NCBI GenBank assembly: GCA_021790335.1 | Contig: JAJYEE010000007.1 | Location: forward strand, 1,255-65,254 | Length of the DNA stretch: 64,000 nt | DNA from: Pseudomonadota bacterium | GTDB taxonomy: Bacteria > Pseudomonadota > Gammaproteobacteria > Acidiferrobacterales > UBA6901 | Direction: 5' to 3' | Shown here: positions 55,860-64,000 of the stretch, one piece after another | Numbering within the stretch: position 1 is the first letter of the stretch | How the letters are laid out: the number at the start of each line of letters is the position of its first letter | Program-made: the position numbers and the translations under genes | The notes under the pieces: generated by a model | The model's database searches: none | Told to the model about the DNA's origin: nothing | What the model saw: only the letters and a program-made list of their open reading frames with translations

Positions 55860-56953
55860 TTTACCCCCCCATTCACCGCCGCGGGTCCGCGTCTGACGTA
55901 GTTCGCGTCGATCCAGCGCTCGTGCGCCCCGGTGCTGACGGCTGCGACCCAGTCGGCATGTTCTGCATACCACCGCAACGTACGTGCGAGCCCGTCGTCG
56001 AAGCCGGTACGCGGGTGCCAGCCAAGTTCGCGTCGCATCTTGGAAGCATCGATTGCATAGCGCCGGTCGTGCCCTGGGCGGTCGGCGACATGGGCAATGA
56101 GCTTTGCGTGCGGCGCGTCTTGCGAGTACATGTCATCGAGTAGGCGGCACAGGCTGCTGACAATTTCCAGATTCGCGCGTTCGCAGTCTCCGCCGATATT
56201 ATAGGTCTCGCCCGCGCGCCCACGCTCCAGCACCAAACGCAGTGCGTCACAGTGGTCCTGCACATAAAGCCAGTCGCGGACCTGGCGGCCGTCGCCATAG
56301 ACCGGCAGCGGTCGGCCTGACCTTCCGTTTTCTATCATCAACGGGATGAGTTTTTCCGGGTGCTGGTAGGGTCCGTAATTGTTGGAGCAATTGGTGGTCA
56401 GCGTCGCCAGTCCGAAAGTCTGGTGATACGCCCGCACCAGGTGATCTGCCGCAGCTTTGCTTGCCGCATACGGGGAGTTCGGCCGGTATTGGCTGTCCTC
56501 CGTGAACGGCGGGTCGTGCGGGCCGAGGCTGCCGTAGACCTCATCGGTCGACACGTGCAGAAACCGGAAGCCGGAAGCGCGCCCGCCCTCCAGACCCTTC
56601 CAGTAGCTCAGGGCGCACTGCAGCAGCGTATGGGTACCGACAACATTGGTCTGAATGAATTCCTGCGGCCCGGTGATCGAGCGGTCGACGTGCGACTCCG
56701 CGGCGAAATTGACAATCGCTGCGGGCTGATGCTCGCGCAACAGCGAATCGATCAGCGCTGCATCGCCGATGTCTCCGCGAACGAATACATGATCGCGATC
56801 GTCGGCGAGGTCGGCCAGATTTTCGAGATGGCCGGCGTAGGTGAGCTTGTCCAGATTGATGATGCGCGCACACCCCTCGCGCCGCACGCTGCGCACAAAG
56901 TTCGATCCGATAAACCCAGCACCGCCCGTAACTAGCCAGTTCGGCAACTGCAT
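55856..56953 (-). CDS. rfbB: dTDP-glucose 4,6-dehydratase
   Basis: 365 aa with [11 protein letters not shown] and [11 protein letters not shown] (YxxxK). Confidence 0.95.
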   Translation of the reverse strand: MQLPNWLVTGGAGFIGSNFVRSVRREGCARIINLDKLTYAGHLENLADLADDRDHVFVRGDIGDAALIDSLLREHQPAAIVNFAAESHVDRSITGPQEFIQTNVVGTHTLLQCALSYWKGLEGGRASGFRFLHVSTDEVYGSLGPHDPPFTEDSQYRPNSPYAASKAAADHLVRAYHQTFGLATLTTNCSNNYGPYQHPEKLIPLMIENGRSGRPLPVYGDGRQVRDWLYVQDHCDALRLVLERGRAGETYNIGGDCERANLEIVSSLCRLLDDMYSQDAPHAKLIAHVADRPGHDRRYAIDASKMRRELGWHPRTGFDDGLARTLRWYAEHADWVAAVSTGAHERWIDANYVRRGPAAVNGGVK

Positions 56954-57432
56954 CCGCCCACCTCCCTCGGTGTATATCCCTTCCGTATCAACTGTTTATG
57001 TATCATACTGCACGCCATATCTTAACAGGCCGCGCGACTCTTTCACGAAACGCTCGACAATCCGTTCTGCGCGTCCGTCACAAAAAGCGCCAGCCGATTC
57101 GGCTGCACCCGCTGCCCTCCCAAAGAACGCGGTCGTTGCTGCCCCCCCCCAACAGCCGCGCTCCGCACAGTCTACATCGGAATCCCTGCTCTGGGTCCGT
57201 CCCGCGGCAACGATCCGCCGCGACTCGCGGATCGGTCCGGACCTTACGTCAAATCTTTCTGCGACCACACCGGCTGGGCAGCTGGGCGACGGTGCTATGC
57301 ACGCCCCGGTGGCTCGAATTCCTGCCGCCCCTTGCTATAACCCTGTCAACCTGTACGCGCGCACGGCGTTAATCAGACTGTAACCGCCATTATCATGACG
57401 GACAAACTCGAAAAACCATCCACAAGGAGACA

Positions 57433-57774
57433 TTGATACTTAAGCCTGTGATTGTGGCACTCGGTACCGTGCTGGCCGTTTCCGCTTTTCCTCTCGCGCA
57501 GGCAGCCCCTCGCTTTGCCCACCCCGTGCGGCATGATATCAGACGGGATACGCACGACATGCGCCACGACCGGCACGACTTCCACAAAGACCGGCACGAT
57601 CGCAGCCGGGACCGGCGCGCGCTCCGCCGGGACCTGCATCACGGCAACATGACCGGAGCCCGCAGGGAACGCCGTGACCTGCGCTCCGATAATCGCGACA
57701 TGCATCACGACCGGCGCAACATCCGCAGCGACCGTCGTGACCGTCGTCATGACTTGCATCGGCACCGCGACTAA
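57433..57774 (+). CDS. Small secreted protein made almost entirely of Arg/His/Asp repeats
   Basis: 113 aa. It has a Sec signal peptide with an AxA site (MILKPVIVALGTVLAVSAFPLAQA/AP) and an AAGGAG just upstream of the TTG start. The mature part is repeats of the R-[HR]-D type (RHDRHDFHKDRHDRSRDRR...DRRDRRHDLHRHRD). A codon-aligned antisense ORF (57373-57798) exists, so the strand call is not certain. Confidence 0.5.
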   Translation: MILKPVIVALGTVLAVSAFPLAQAAPRFAHPVRHDIRRDTHDMRHDRHDFHKDRHDRSRDRRALRRDLHHGNMTGARRERRDLRSDNRDMHHDRRNIRSDRRDRRHDLHRHRD

Positions 57775-58057
57775 ATATCCGCGAGTACAGGGAGACATTC
57801 CAGGGGAGGCTTGTCGATCATCCGAACCTGCCGTTCACACCAATGCCAGCACATCGCCCGATATATCGGCGGCGCTGGTACTCAACGGGCTTGGCGGCCG
57901 GCGGCATGCGCTCCACACGCTGAACACTTCTCCGGCCGGCTCATTCTTGAATACGGCCCGCGGTAACCATAAACGGTCGGGCCGAAGGCCCCAAACGCCG
58001 CAGAACCCGATCGGTGCCCCGCCACCCACCCAGAACGGCAGGCGGCGGAGCATCGAT

Positions 58058-58639
58058 TCATTTCTTGGTACGGCGCTTGCGCACCGGCGCCCGGGTCCGG
58101 GTACGTACCGGAGGCCTGAAACGGCCGGTGTCTTCAGCCACTTCCATGCGTTCAATCAGATCCTGGTCATGTTCGTCCCGGTAGGGCTTCAGATCCAGAT
58201 CAGCGGGCACCTCCGTGAGACGCTCGTCTCCGATGTCCTTGACGTAGCGCTGCATGAAGCTGTCATAGGCACTCCACAGTATCCGGTCTGCCCGCACCGC
58301 AGCCTCTTCCGCCCGGGTGGCAATCTGGTGGGCGTGCAGATAGTGCAGATTGAGTTCATCAATCAGCGTCTTCTCGACCGTCTCGTGCAGGATCAGATAG
58401 CGGTCTACGCCAACTTTCTTTCCACGGTGGCTAAATGTCTCCGGCAGGTGCCGATCAATATAGATAGTCCGGCCATCCTGGCTGTAGCCGGCCAGATAGG
58501 GAATGTCATGCTCGCGATCGAGCCGGATGCGCCGCAGGATTGCGTCCAGGGCGCGGTCCAGCATGAGGCTGGACACGTACCAGTCGGGCCGCTTCAACTT
58601 GCGGTGCGCTGAGATCGGATGGCAGCTGTTTTTTGGCAT
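58058..58639 (-). CDS. Hypothetical protein with a highly basic C-terminal tail
   Basis: 193 aa. No family was recognised. The globular-looking body (DGRTIYIDRHLP...LILHETVEKTLIDEL...HAHQIATRAEE) is followed by the tail RFRPPVRTRTRAPVRKRRTKK. A lower-GC promoter region lies upstream. Confidence 0.55.
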   Translation of the reverse strand: MPKNSCHPISAHRKLKRPDWYVSSLMLDRALDAILRRIRLDREHDIPYLAGYSQDGRTIYIDRHLPETFSHRGKKVGVDRYLILHETVEKTLIDELNLHYLHAHQIATRAEEAAVRADRILWSAYDSFMQRYVKDIGDERLTEVPADLDLKPYRDEHDQDLIERMEVAEDTGRFRPPVRTRTRAPVRKRRTKK

Positions 58640-58901
58640 AAAACCCTCCTCGTTTCGTCAATTTAGACTTCTCGCGGGCAAAAACCGGCAACGCCGCTCT
58701 CTGTGGTGCGCCTTTCAAGAAAGACCTGCTTGTCCGTCGGTAATTATAAGCTATTGTTTTGAATTGAATTAAACCCGCCGGCGTGCAAATCGGACGCCGG
58801 GACCGGAAAACTTGGGGTCCGGTAATTTATGTATTTATTGATGGTATCAAACTTGCACGGCATCCCTGGAAATTTCTCTATCGGCTCGAAAAAGATTTCC
58901 T

Positions 58902-61880
58902 ATGCAAATAATACGGATACTGCGGTCGCTCCGCCTGCGTGCCTACCTGCTGTTTCTGGTTCTGCTGGTCCTGCTGCCCACAGCAGGCCTGCTGGTGCAC
59001 ACAGCCATCGACCAGCGACGGCTCGCAGCGGTTGCTGCCGAGCACCGTGCGCTGCGGATCGCGCGGATCGCCGATCTCGAGCAGGTTCAGCTGGTCACAG
59101 CCAGCCGCACACTGCTGACATCCGTTTCGCAGATCCTAGTTCCCCATGCCTCGAAGCTGCGCCGCTGCGCTCCACTGCTGGCCGGCCTCCTTAAGACCGA
59201 ACCCTATTACGTCAATCTGGGCATTATCAACGCGAGCGGTCGTATCGTGTGCAGCGCGGTTCCGTCCGCGCATCCGGTCACGGTGGCCGATCGCGCCTAT
59301 TTCCGCCGCGCCTTGATGACCGGCCGATTCGCCGTCGGCAACTATCAGGTCGGACGGATCACTGGCAAGCGCACTTTGAACTTTGCCGTCCCGGTGTTCG
59401 ATCGGGAGGGCAGCCCGCGCTGGGTCGTGTTCGCGGCGGTCAATCTTTCCTGGATCCACAGGACGATCGCCAATATGTCACTGCCGCACGGCCTGACCGT
59501 CACCGTAGTGGATACCCACGGCACGGTGCTCGCCCGCGACCCGGACTCGGGACCAACAGTCGGGCGGTCGATTGGCGACTTACCCCTAATGCGCATCCTG
59601 AAACGCCTCGGCAGCGGCACCACCGAGCTCACCGGACTCGGCGGAGTTGCCGATCTTTACGGGTTTACCCCACTCGACATCAGCACACACGGCGACGTGT
59701 ACGTCATCGCGAGCATTCCCAAGGCCATTGCCCTGGCCGCCGCCAACCGGGCTTTCATTCAAAACCTAACGCTGTTCATCATGGTGGCATTGGCCGCACT
59801 GGGGGCCGCATGGGTAGGCGCCGATGCGCTCATCCTGCGTCGGGCCAAAGCGATCAGCAGGGCCGCCCACCGTCTCGGACAGGGCGACATGACTGCCCGC
59901 ACCGGCCTTCGGCATGATCACGGCGATTTCGGCGAGGTGGCGTTTGCCCTGGACGACATGGCCGGAAAGCTGCAGCGCCACGAGGATGAAATCGACGCGG
60001 CCAACCGGAGAATGCATCAGATCAACCGTGCCCTGCTGACTCTGGGTTCATGCAACCGCACCCTGGTGCGCGCGGTCGACGAAGAGTCGCTCCTGGAAGG
60101 GATGTGCCGGGTGATCGTGGAGACCGGCGGCTATCGCCTGGCCTGGGTCGGCTATGCGCAGCAGGATGCCGGCAAGAGCATCGGCGTTCAGGCACAAGCC
60201 GGATTCGACCAAGGCTACCTCGAGAGCATCAGGACCACCTGGGCAGACACCGAACGCGGCCGCGGACCTGCCGGCACCGCCATCCGCACCGGCGCCCCCT
60301 GTCTGGTCCATGATCTACTCTCCGACGCGCGCTTCGGTCCGTGGCGACAGGATGCCATGAAACACGGCTATCGCGCCTGCATCGGCCTGCCGCTCACGGT
60401 GCACGGACAGGTCATCGGCGTTTTGATGATCTACTCGACGGAATCAGACGCATTCGCCCACAAGGAAGTGGACCTGCTCACGGAGCTGGCCGATGACATC
60501 GCCTTTGGCATCGAAACCCTGCGAACGCGTGCATTGAGCCAGAAGGCGCACGAGACGATCTGGCGCATGGCCTATTACGACGAGGTAACGGGGCTTCCCA
60601 ATCACGCGCGGCTCACCGAATTTCTGCAACAGATTCTGTCCGACAATACTGACAACACCCATTCGTTCTCGCTACTCATGCTGGACATCGATCACTTTCG
60701 CGAGATCAACGACGCAATGGGAGTCGAACATGCCAACGCGCTGCTTCATGAAATCGGTTCGCGCATACGGAGCACCTTGCCTGAGGAGGAACTCGTGGCA
60801 CGCATGCGCGGCGACGATTTCGCCGCGCTGCTGCCGGACAATGACGCGGACCATGCGATCAGGACCGCGCAGCGCATCATGGAAATAATGCAGCAGCCGT
60901 TCATCACCGGCGAACTTTCACTCGACGTGCGTGTGAGCATCGGCATCGCCCAGTTCCCGCAGAACGGCAACCAGGTTGACCAGCTGCTGCGACGCGCGGA
61001 CCTGGCCGTGCGCCGCGCCAAGCACTCCGACAGCGGCTACACATTCTATGAGCCGGGTCTCGACGATGACAGCCCGCGGCGGCTGGCGCTTGCTTGCGAT
61101 CTGAGGCAGGCGATAGACACGGATCTGCTGCTGCAGTATTACCAGCCGAAAGTCGACATGAAGACCGGGCAGCTGTGTGGCGTGGAGGCGCTGGCGCGCT
61201 GGAACAGCCAACAGTACGGCATCATTTCCCCCGACGAATTCATACCCCTGGCGGAACACACCGGACTGATACGGCCTCTCACCTACAAGGTGATCGAGAC
61301 CGCCATGAAACAGCTGCGTGCATGGGCAGCAATAGGCTGGCGCATCCCGATCGCGGTCAACCTTTCCGCGCACAACCTGCGCGATCCCGGTCTGGTCAAA
61401 CGGGTCCAGGAACTGCTCGATGCCTACCGCATCGATTGCAGCCAGCTGGAGATGGAGATCACCGAGACTGCCATCATGGAGGATCCCTCTGGGGCGCTCG
61501 ACGTGCTGACAAAACTGAGCCGCATGGGGATCACGCTGTCCATCGACGATTTCGGCACCGGTTATTCGTCATTGAGCTACCTCAACAAATTGCCCGTCGA
61601 CGCCATAAAGATCGACAAGTCCTTTGTGATCGACATGCTGTCGAACGAAGACGCGGCGCTGATCGTGCGATCGACGATCGGGCTGGCGCACGACCTGGGT
61701 CTGCGCGTCGTCGCCGAAGGTATCGAGAGTGCGGCCGGCTGGAAAATCCTCGCCGAACTCGGCTGCGATGTCGCCCAAGGCTACCACGTCGCGCGCCCCA
61801 TGCCGGATTACGATCTTAGGCAGTGGATTGGGAACCAGTGCAAGACAGGCGTCTGGACCGGCCATGTCGACGCTGCCTGA
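58902..61880 (+). CDS. Membrane sensor: periplasmic Cache/CHASE-like domain - HAMP - GAF - degenerate GGDEF - EAL (probable c-di-GMP phosphodiesterase)
   Basis: 992 aa. Two TM segments flank a periplasmic region of about 250 aa. It has a HAMP domain (GQGDMTARTGL...FGEVAFALDDMAGKL) and a GAF domain. The GGDEF site is degenerate (RMRGDDFAALL). The EAL motifs are intact (EALARW, DDFGTGYSSLSYL, KIDKSF, EGIES, QGY). Confidence 0.88.
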   Translation: MQIIRILRSLRLRAYLLFLVLLVLLPTAGLLVHTAIDQRRLAAVAAEHRALRIARIADLEQVQLVTASRTLLTSVSQILVPHASKLRRCAPLLAGLLKTEPYYVNLGIINASGRIVCSAVPSAHPVTVADRAYFRRALMTGRFAVGNYQVGRITGKRTLNFAVPVFDREGSPRWVVFAAVNLSWIHRTIANMSLPHGLTVTVVDTHGTVLARDPDSGPTVGRSIGDLPLMRILKRLGSGTTELTGLGGVADLYGFTPLDISTHGDVYVIASIPKAIALAAANRAFIQNLTLFIMVALAALGAAWVGADALILRRAKAISRAAHRLGQGDMTARTGLRHDHGDFGEVAFALDDMAGKLQRHEDEIDAANRRMHQINRALLTLGSCNRTLVRAVDEESLLEGMCRVIVETGGYRLAWVGYAQQDAGKSIGVQAQAGFDQGYLESIRTTWADTERGRGPAGTAIRTGAPCLVHDLLSDARFGPWRQDAMKHGYRACIGLPLTVHGQVIGVLMIYSTESDAFAHKEVDLLTELADDIAFGIETLRTRALSQKAHETIWRMAYYDEVTGLPNHARLTEFLQQILSDNTDNTHSFSLLMLDIDHFREINDAMGVEHANALLHEIGSRIRSTLPEEELVARMRGDDFAALLPDNDADHAIRTAQRIMEIMQQPFITGELSLDVRVSIGIAQFPQNGNQVDQLLRRADLAVRRAKHSDSGYTFYEPGLDDDSPRRLALACDLRQAIDTDLLLQYYQPKVDMKTGQLCGVEALARWNSQQYGIISPDEFIPLAEHTGLIRPLTYKVIETAMKQLRAWAAIGWRIPIAVNLSAHNLRDPGLVKRVQELLDAYRIDCSQLEMEITETAIMEDPSGALDVLTKLSRMGITLSIDDFGTGYSSLSYLNKLPVDAIKIDKSFVIDMLSNEDAALIVRSTIGLAHDLGLRVVAEGIESAAGWKILAELGCDVAQGYHVARPMPDYDLRQWIGNQCKTGVWTGHVDAA

Positions 61881-62369
61881 TCGATACCGATTGCCTGCTC
61901 CGCGTGCAGCGCCGCCCGACAGCACGGACACAGAGTCATCCGCTGCTTTTCGCACAGTCCCCAAACCATCTCCTGTTCGTTGCGACATCCCACGGCGGCG
62001 ACTGCGCATGCCGCGCAAATACACCGTCACTACCCCTACCAAGGTCAGCTTTCTGTGGATCCACGACACGCTGCTTCGTATGCTGCGTGCCCGCCGAACC
62101 CCGCCATCCGAACCGGCGCCGGACCCAAGCCGGGAATCTGACACAGATCCAGGCTCCGGACCGGTCGATCTTCGCTTCCACCGTTAGCAGAGGCAGCCCG
62201 GAAGCTTCCGGTATCCCGTCCAACCGGAACGCACCCCTGCCAATCGAGTACCACGCCTCGCCGAAAATTGCCGGACCGGCGTACGCGAGCTGAACAAACA
62301 CCGCCGAAAGCCCGTTGCAGCAAATCCGCTACCGGCACACCTGCCCGACGAGCATAGCGGCTCTGAAGA

Positions 62370-64000
62370 TCATGACTCCGGAGTCCATTCGCGCCATCCA
62401 CCGATCAGAGGAAAATACAGCCCCAGACGCAGGGTCCGCCCTTCCAGCTTCGACATGATCTTCGCGTAGCGCTCAAGCTGCGCACGATAGCGCTCGCGCT
62501 CGCGATCCAGGAATTCCTCCACTCCGCCTCCTTCGTGCGCGCTTGTCTTGTAATCGATGATCCAGCGTATCCCGGCAGCATCCACAAACGTCCGATCAAG
62601 CACCACGTTGCGCAGCTCGCCGCCGAGGACAGCGGTCAGTGCGTACTCGCACCGGCCGTCGCCGTGTGCAGAATCGAGAATCCAGCGTCCGCGCTCGTCG
62701 CCGAGAACTCCGAGAAGCCCTGTTTCGCTTCTCTGAACCGCCCCGTCCATCTGCGCAGGAGGTACGCCCCTCTCGGCGAGGCGCGCCGTGATGAGTGGCC
62801 GCAGCGCACGCACGCGTTGTGCGTTCCAGGCCGCCACTCCTTCGCGCCCCATTTGCTGCAGGAAACCGTGCACCACGGACCCGACGTGCCGGATGGTCTC
62901 CTGCGCCCAATCGAATTCGACCCGCGCATCCCCGCCCCCCTCGAGAAGAGTGGCCGCAGACTCCCACGCCAGAGGTGGCGGCGGACTGGGAAGCCGCCAT
63001 GCGAGCGGCAGACGGCGCATGGGTCGGTGCTGCGTCGTGTCCGGCTTTTCCGCCTTCTTCGCCGCAGCAGCCATCAGTTCGAACGCCTGATCGAAATCGG
63101 TCTGCACCACGGACCACAGCCGGTGGAGCAGCGATCTGCGGTCGGGCGCCCGCAGCCTGCGTTCACCGTCCGCCCCTTCCGGCGCCACATGACCGAGCAG
63201 GTGCAGCCGGTCGATCGCCCGCGTCGCCGCAACGTAGAGGAGACGGCCATCTTCGTGCGCGCTCTTCTGCTTCTCGAAGTCCTTCAGATATTCGAAAACA
63301 GGATCTGGCTCGCAACCGCCTCCCTGTATCGGGGCAAGCAGCAAGTCCACTTCACTGGTCCCGGCGTTCGGACGTTCCGCCCAGGCGAGAAGCGGCGCGT
63401 CCGCGGCCCGCGGAATCCGCCCGAGCCCCGGAACGATGACCGTATGGAACTGTAGGCCCTTGGCCTTGTGAATCGTCATGAGTTGCAGCCGCTCGTCCGC
63501 TTGCAGGTCCGGCAGCGCGAACAGTGCATCGACCCGATCCGACAGTTCTGCCAGATCGACGATATCGCCGCCCGCTTCACATTCTTCGAGCAGATCGAGA
63601 TAGACGAAGGCATCGCCGAGTTCAGTGCGGTCGGCGCAGCAGGCTGGCCCTCCGAGCGTAATCCACGCCTTTTCGACCAGACGCCGGAGCGGCTCACGTC
63701 CGGCGCGCACGATGCAATCGGCCACCACAGCACGCAGTCGATCGTGCCGGGCACGTCCGTCGGCACTCAGAACATCGAGACGTCGCGGGTCCTGCATGAG
63801 ATCCCAGACCGCCGTGCCCGCATCCGCGCCAGCCAATGCCTCCAGGTCCGCGAGCGTCAGCCCGCACCACGGTGCACGCAGCAGCGCCAGCCAGGACAGC
63901 CGATCGCCCGGATGAACCAGCGCACGGGTAAGCGTCAGCAAATCCCGCACCGCGGATCGATGGCCGAGCGCTTCGATATCGACCGCTCGGAAGCGCAGGC
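62370..64000 (-). CDS. C-terminal part of a UvrD-type helicase fused to a PD-(D/E)XK nuclease (AddA-like); 5' end lies beyond the window
   Basis: The frame stays open to nt 64000 upstream of the track's GTG at 63950. A late UvrD-family helicase motif (LMTIHKAKGLQFHTVIVPGL) and a C-terminal RecB-type nuclease motif (GIRWIIDYKTS) are present. Confidence 0.8.
   Translation of the reverse strand, partial: LRFRAVDIEALGHRSAVRDLLTLTRALVHPGDRLSWLALLRAPWCGLTLADLEALAGADAGTAVWDLMQDPRRLDVLSADGRARHDRLRAVVADCIVRAGREPLRRLVEKAWITLGGPACCADRTELGDAFVYLDLLEECEAGGDIVDLAELSDRVDALFALPDLQADERLQLMTIHKAKGLQFHTVIVPGLGRIPRAADAPLLAWAERPNAGTSEVDLLLAPIQGGGCEPDPVFEYLKDFEKQKSAHEDGRLLYVAATRAIDRLHLLGHVAPEGADGERRLRAPDRRSLLHRLWSVVQTDFDQAFELMAAAAKKAEKPDTTQHRPMRRLPLAWRLPSPPPPLAWESAATLLEGGGDARVEFDWAQETIRHVGSVVHGFLQQMGREGVAAWNAQRVRALRPLITARLAERGVPPAQMDGAVQRSETGLLGVLGDERGRWILDSAHGDGRCEYALTAVLGGELRNVVLDRTFVDAAGIRWIIDYKTSAHEGGGVEEFLDRERERYRAQLERYAKIMSKLEGRTLRLGLYFPLIGGWREWTPES

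Noticed and set aside
57373-57798. 141-aa minus-strand ORF exactly antisense to and codon-aligned with the RHD-repeat gene.
   Set aside because: It has no signal peptide, Shine-Dalgarno or domain features, and its C-terminal third is non-protein-like (…CLRERKSGNGQHGTECHNHRLKYQC…). The plus-strand frame has an SD and a canonical Sec signal. It is not fully excluded, because both frames have high GC3.
1-64000. Searched for CRISPR arrays, tandem repeats, IS elements, integrases, prophage genes and toxin-antitoxin or known defence-system gene pairs.
   Set aside because: No regularly spaced direct repeats, transposase, integrase or phage-like ORFs, or recognisable defence modules were seen. The DinG/YoaA helicase, MutS2-like ATPase, RmuC and AddA-like genes all appear in housekeeping-type contexts, without the partner genes that would mark a defence system.

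Overview
This is a high-GC, densely coded chromosomal segment that looks gammaproteobacterial. I saw no rRNA, intact tRNA, CRISPR array, transposase or integrase. About 47 protein genes can be supported.

Left third: a housekeeping backbone of hisC-pheA-serA-serC-gyrA (minus strand), mtnA, mtaD-ubiG-HAD phosphatase, rmuC and a YciK-like SDR. It is interrupted by accessory-looking insertions:
- a globin-GAF-GGDEF-EAL-CZB signalling protein;
- a 1.1-kb gene-poor spacer with an AT-rich island, followed by an orphan lower-GC lpxD;
- a REC-GGDEF response regulator.

Middle: moaA, rsd, ffh, ypjD-like and corC-like genes, then a six-gene hyfB/C/E/F/G/I-like operon, a Smr-less MutS2-like ATPase, tsaB, and an uncharacterised envelope operon (lipoprotein, OMP, small membrane protein).

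Right third: trehalose genes (treZ-treY, treS-mak fusion), a peroxiredoxin, a DinG/YoaA helicase, rfbBACD, two orphan genes (a secreted Arg/His/Asp-repeat protein and a basic-tailed hypothetical), a Cache/HAMP/GAF/GGDEF(degenerate)/EAL sensor, and the 3' part of an AddA-like helicase-nuclease.

The most interesting object is the hyf-like operon. Its 'large subunit' has lost all four [NiFe] cysteine ligands, and the operon lacks the ferredoxin-like subunit and any maturation genes. That makes it an Ehr-type (hydrogenase-related) membrane complex of unknown substrate rather than a hydrogenase.

Many long ORFs in the supplied track are antisense shadow ORFs typical of high-GC DNA and were rejected. 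Several track ORFs are over-extended at the 5' end and were trimmed to plausible starts. All calls rest on reading the translations and DNA by eye; no searches were run.
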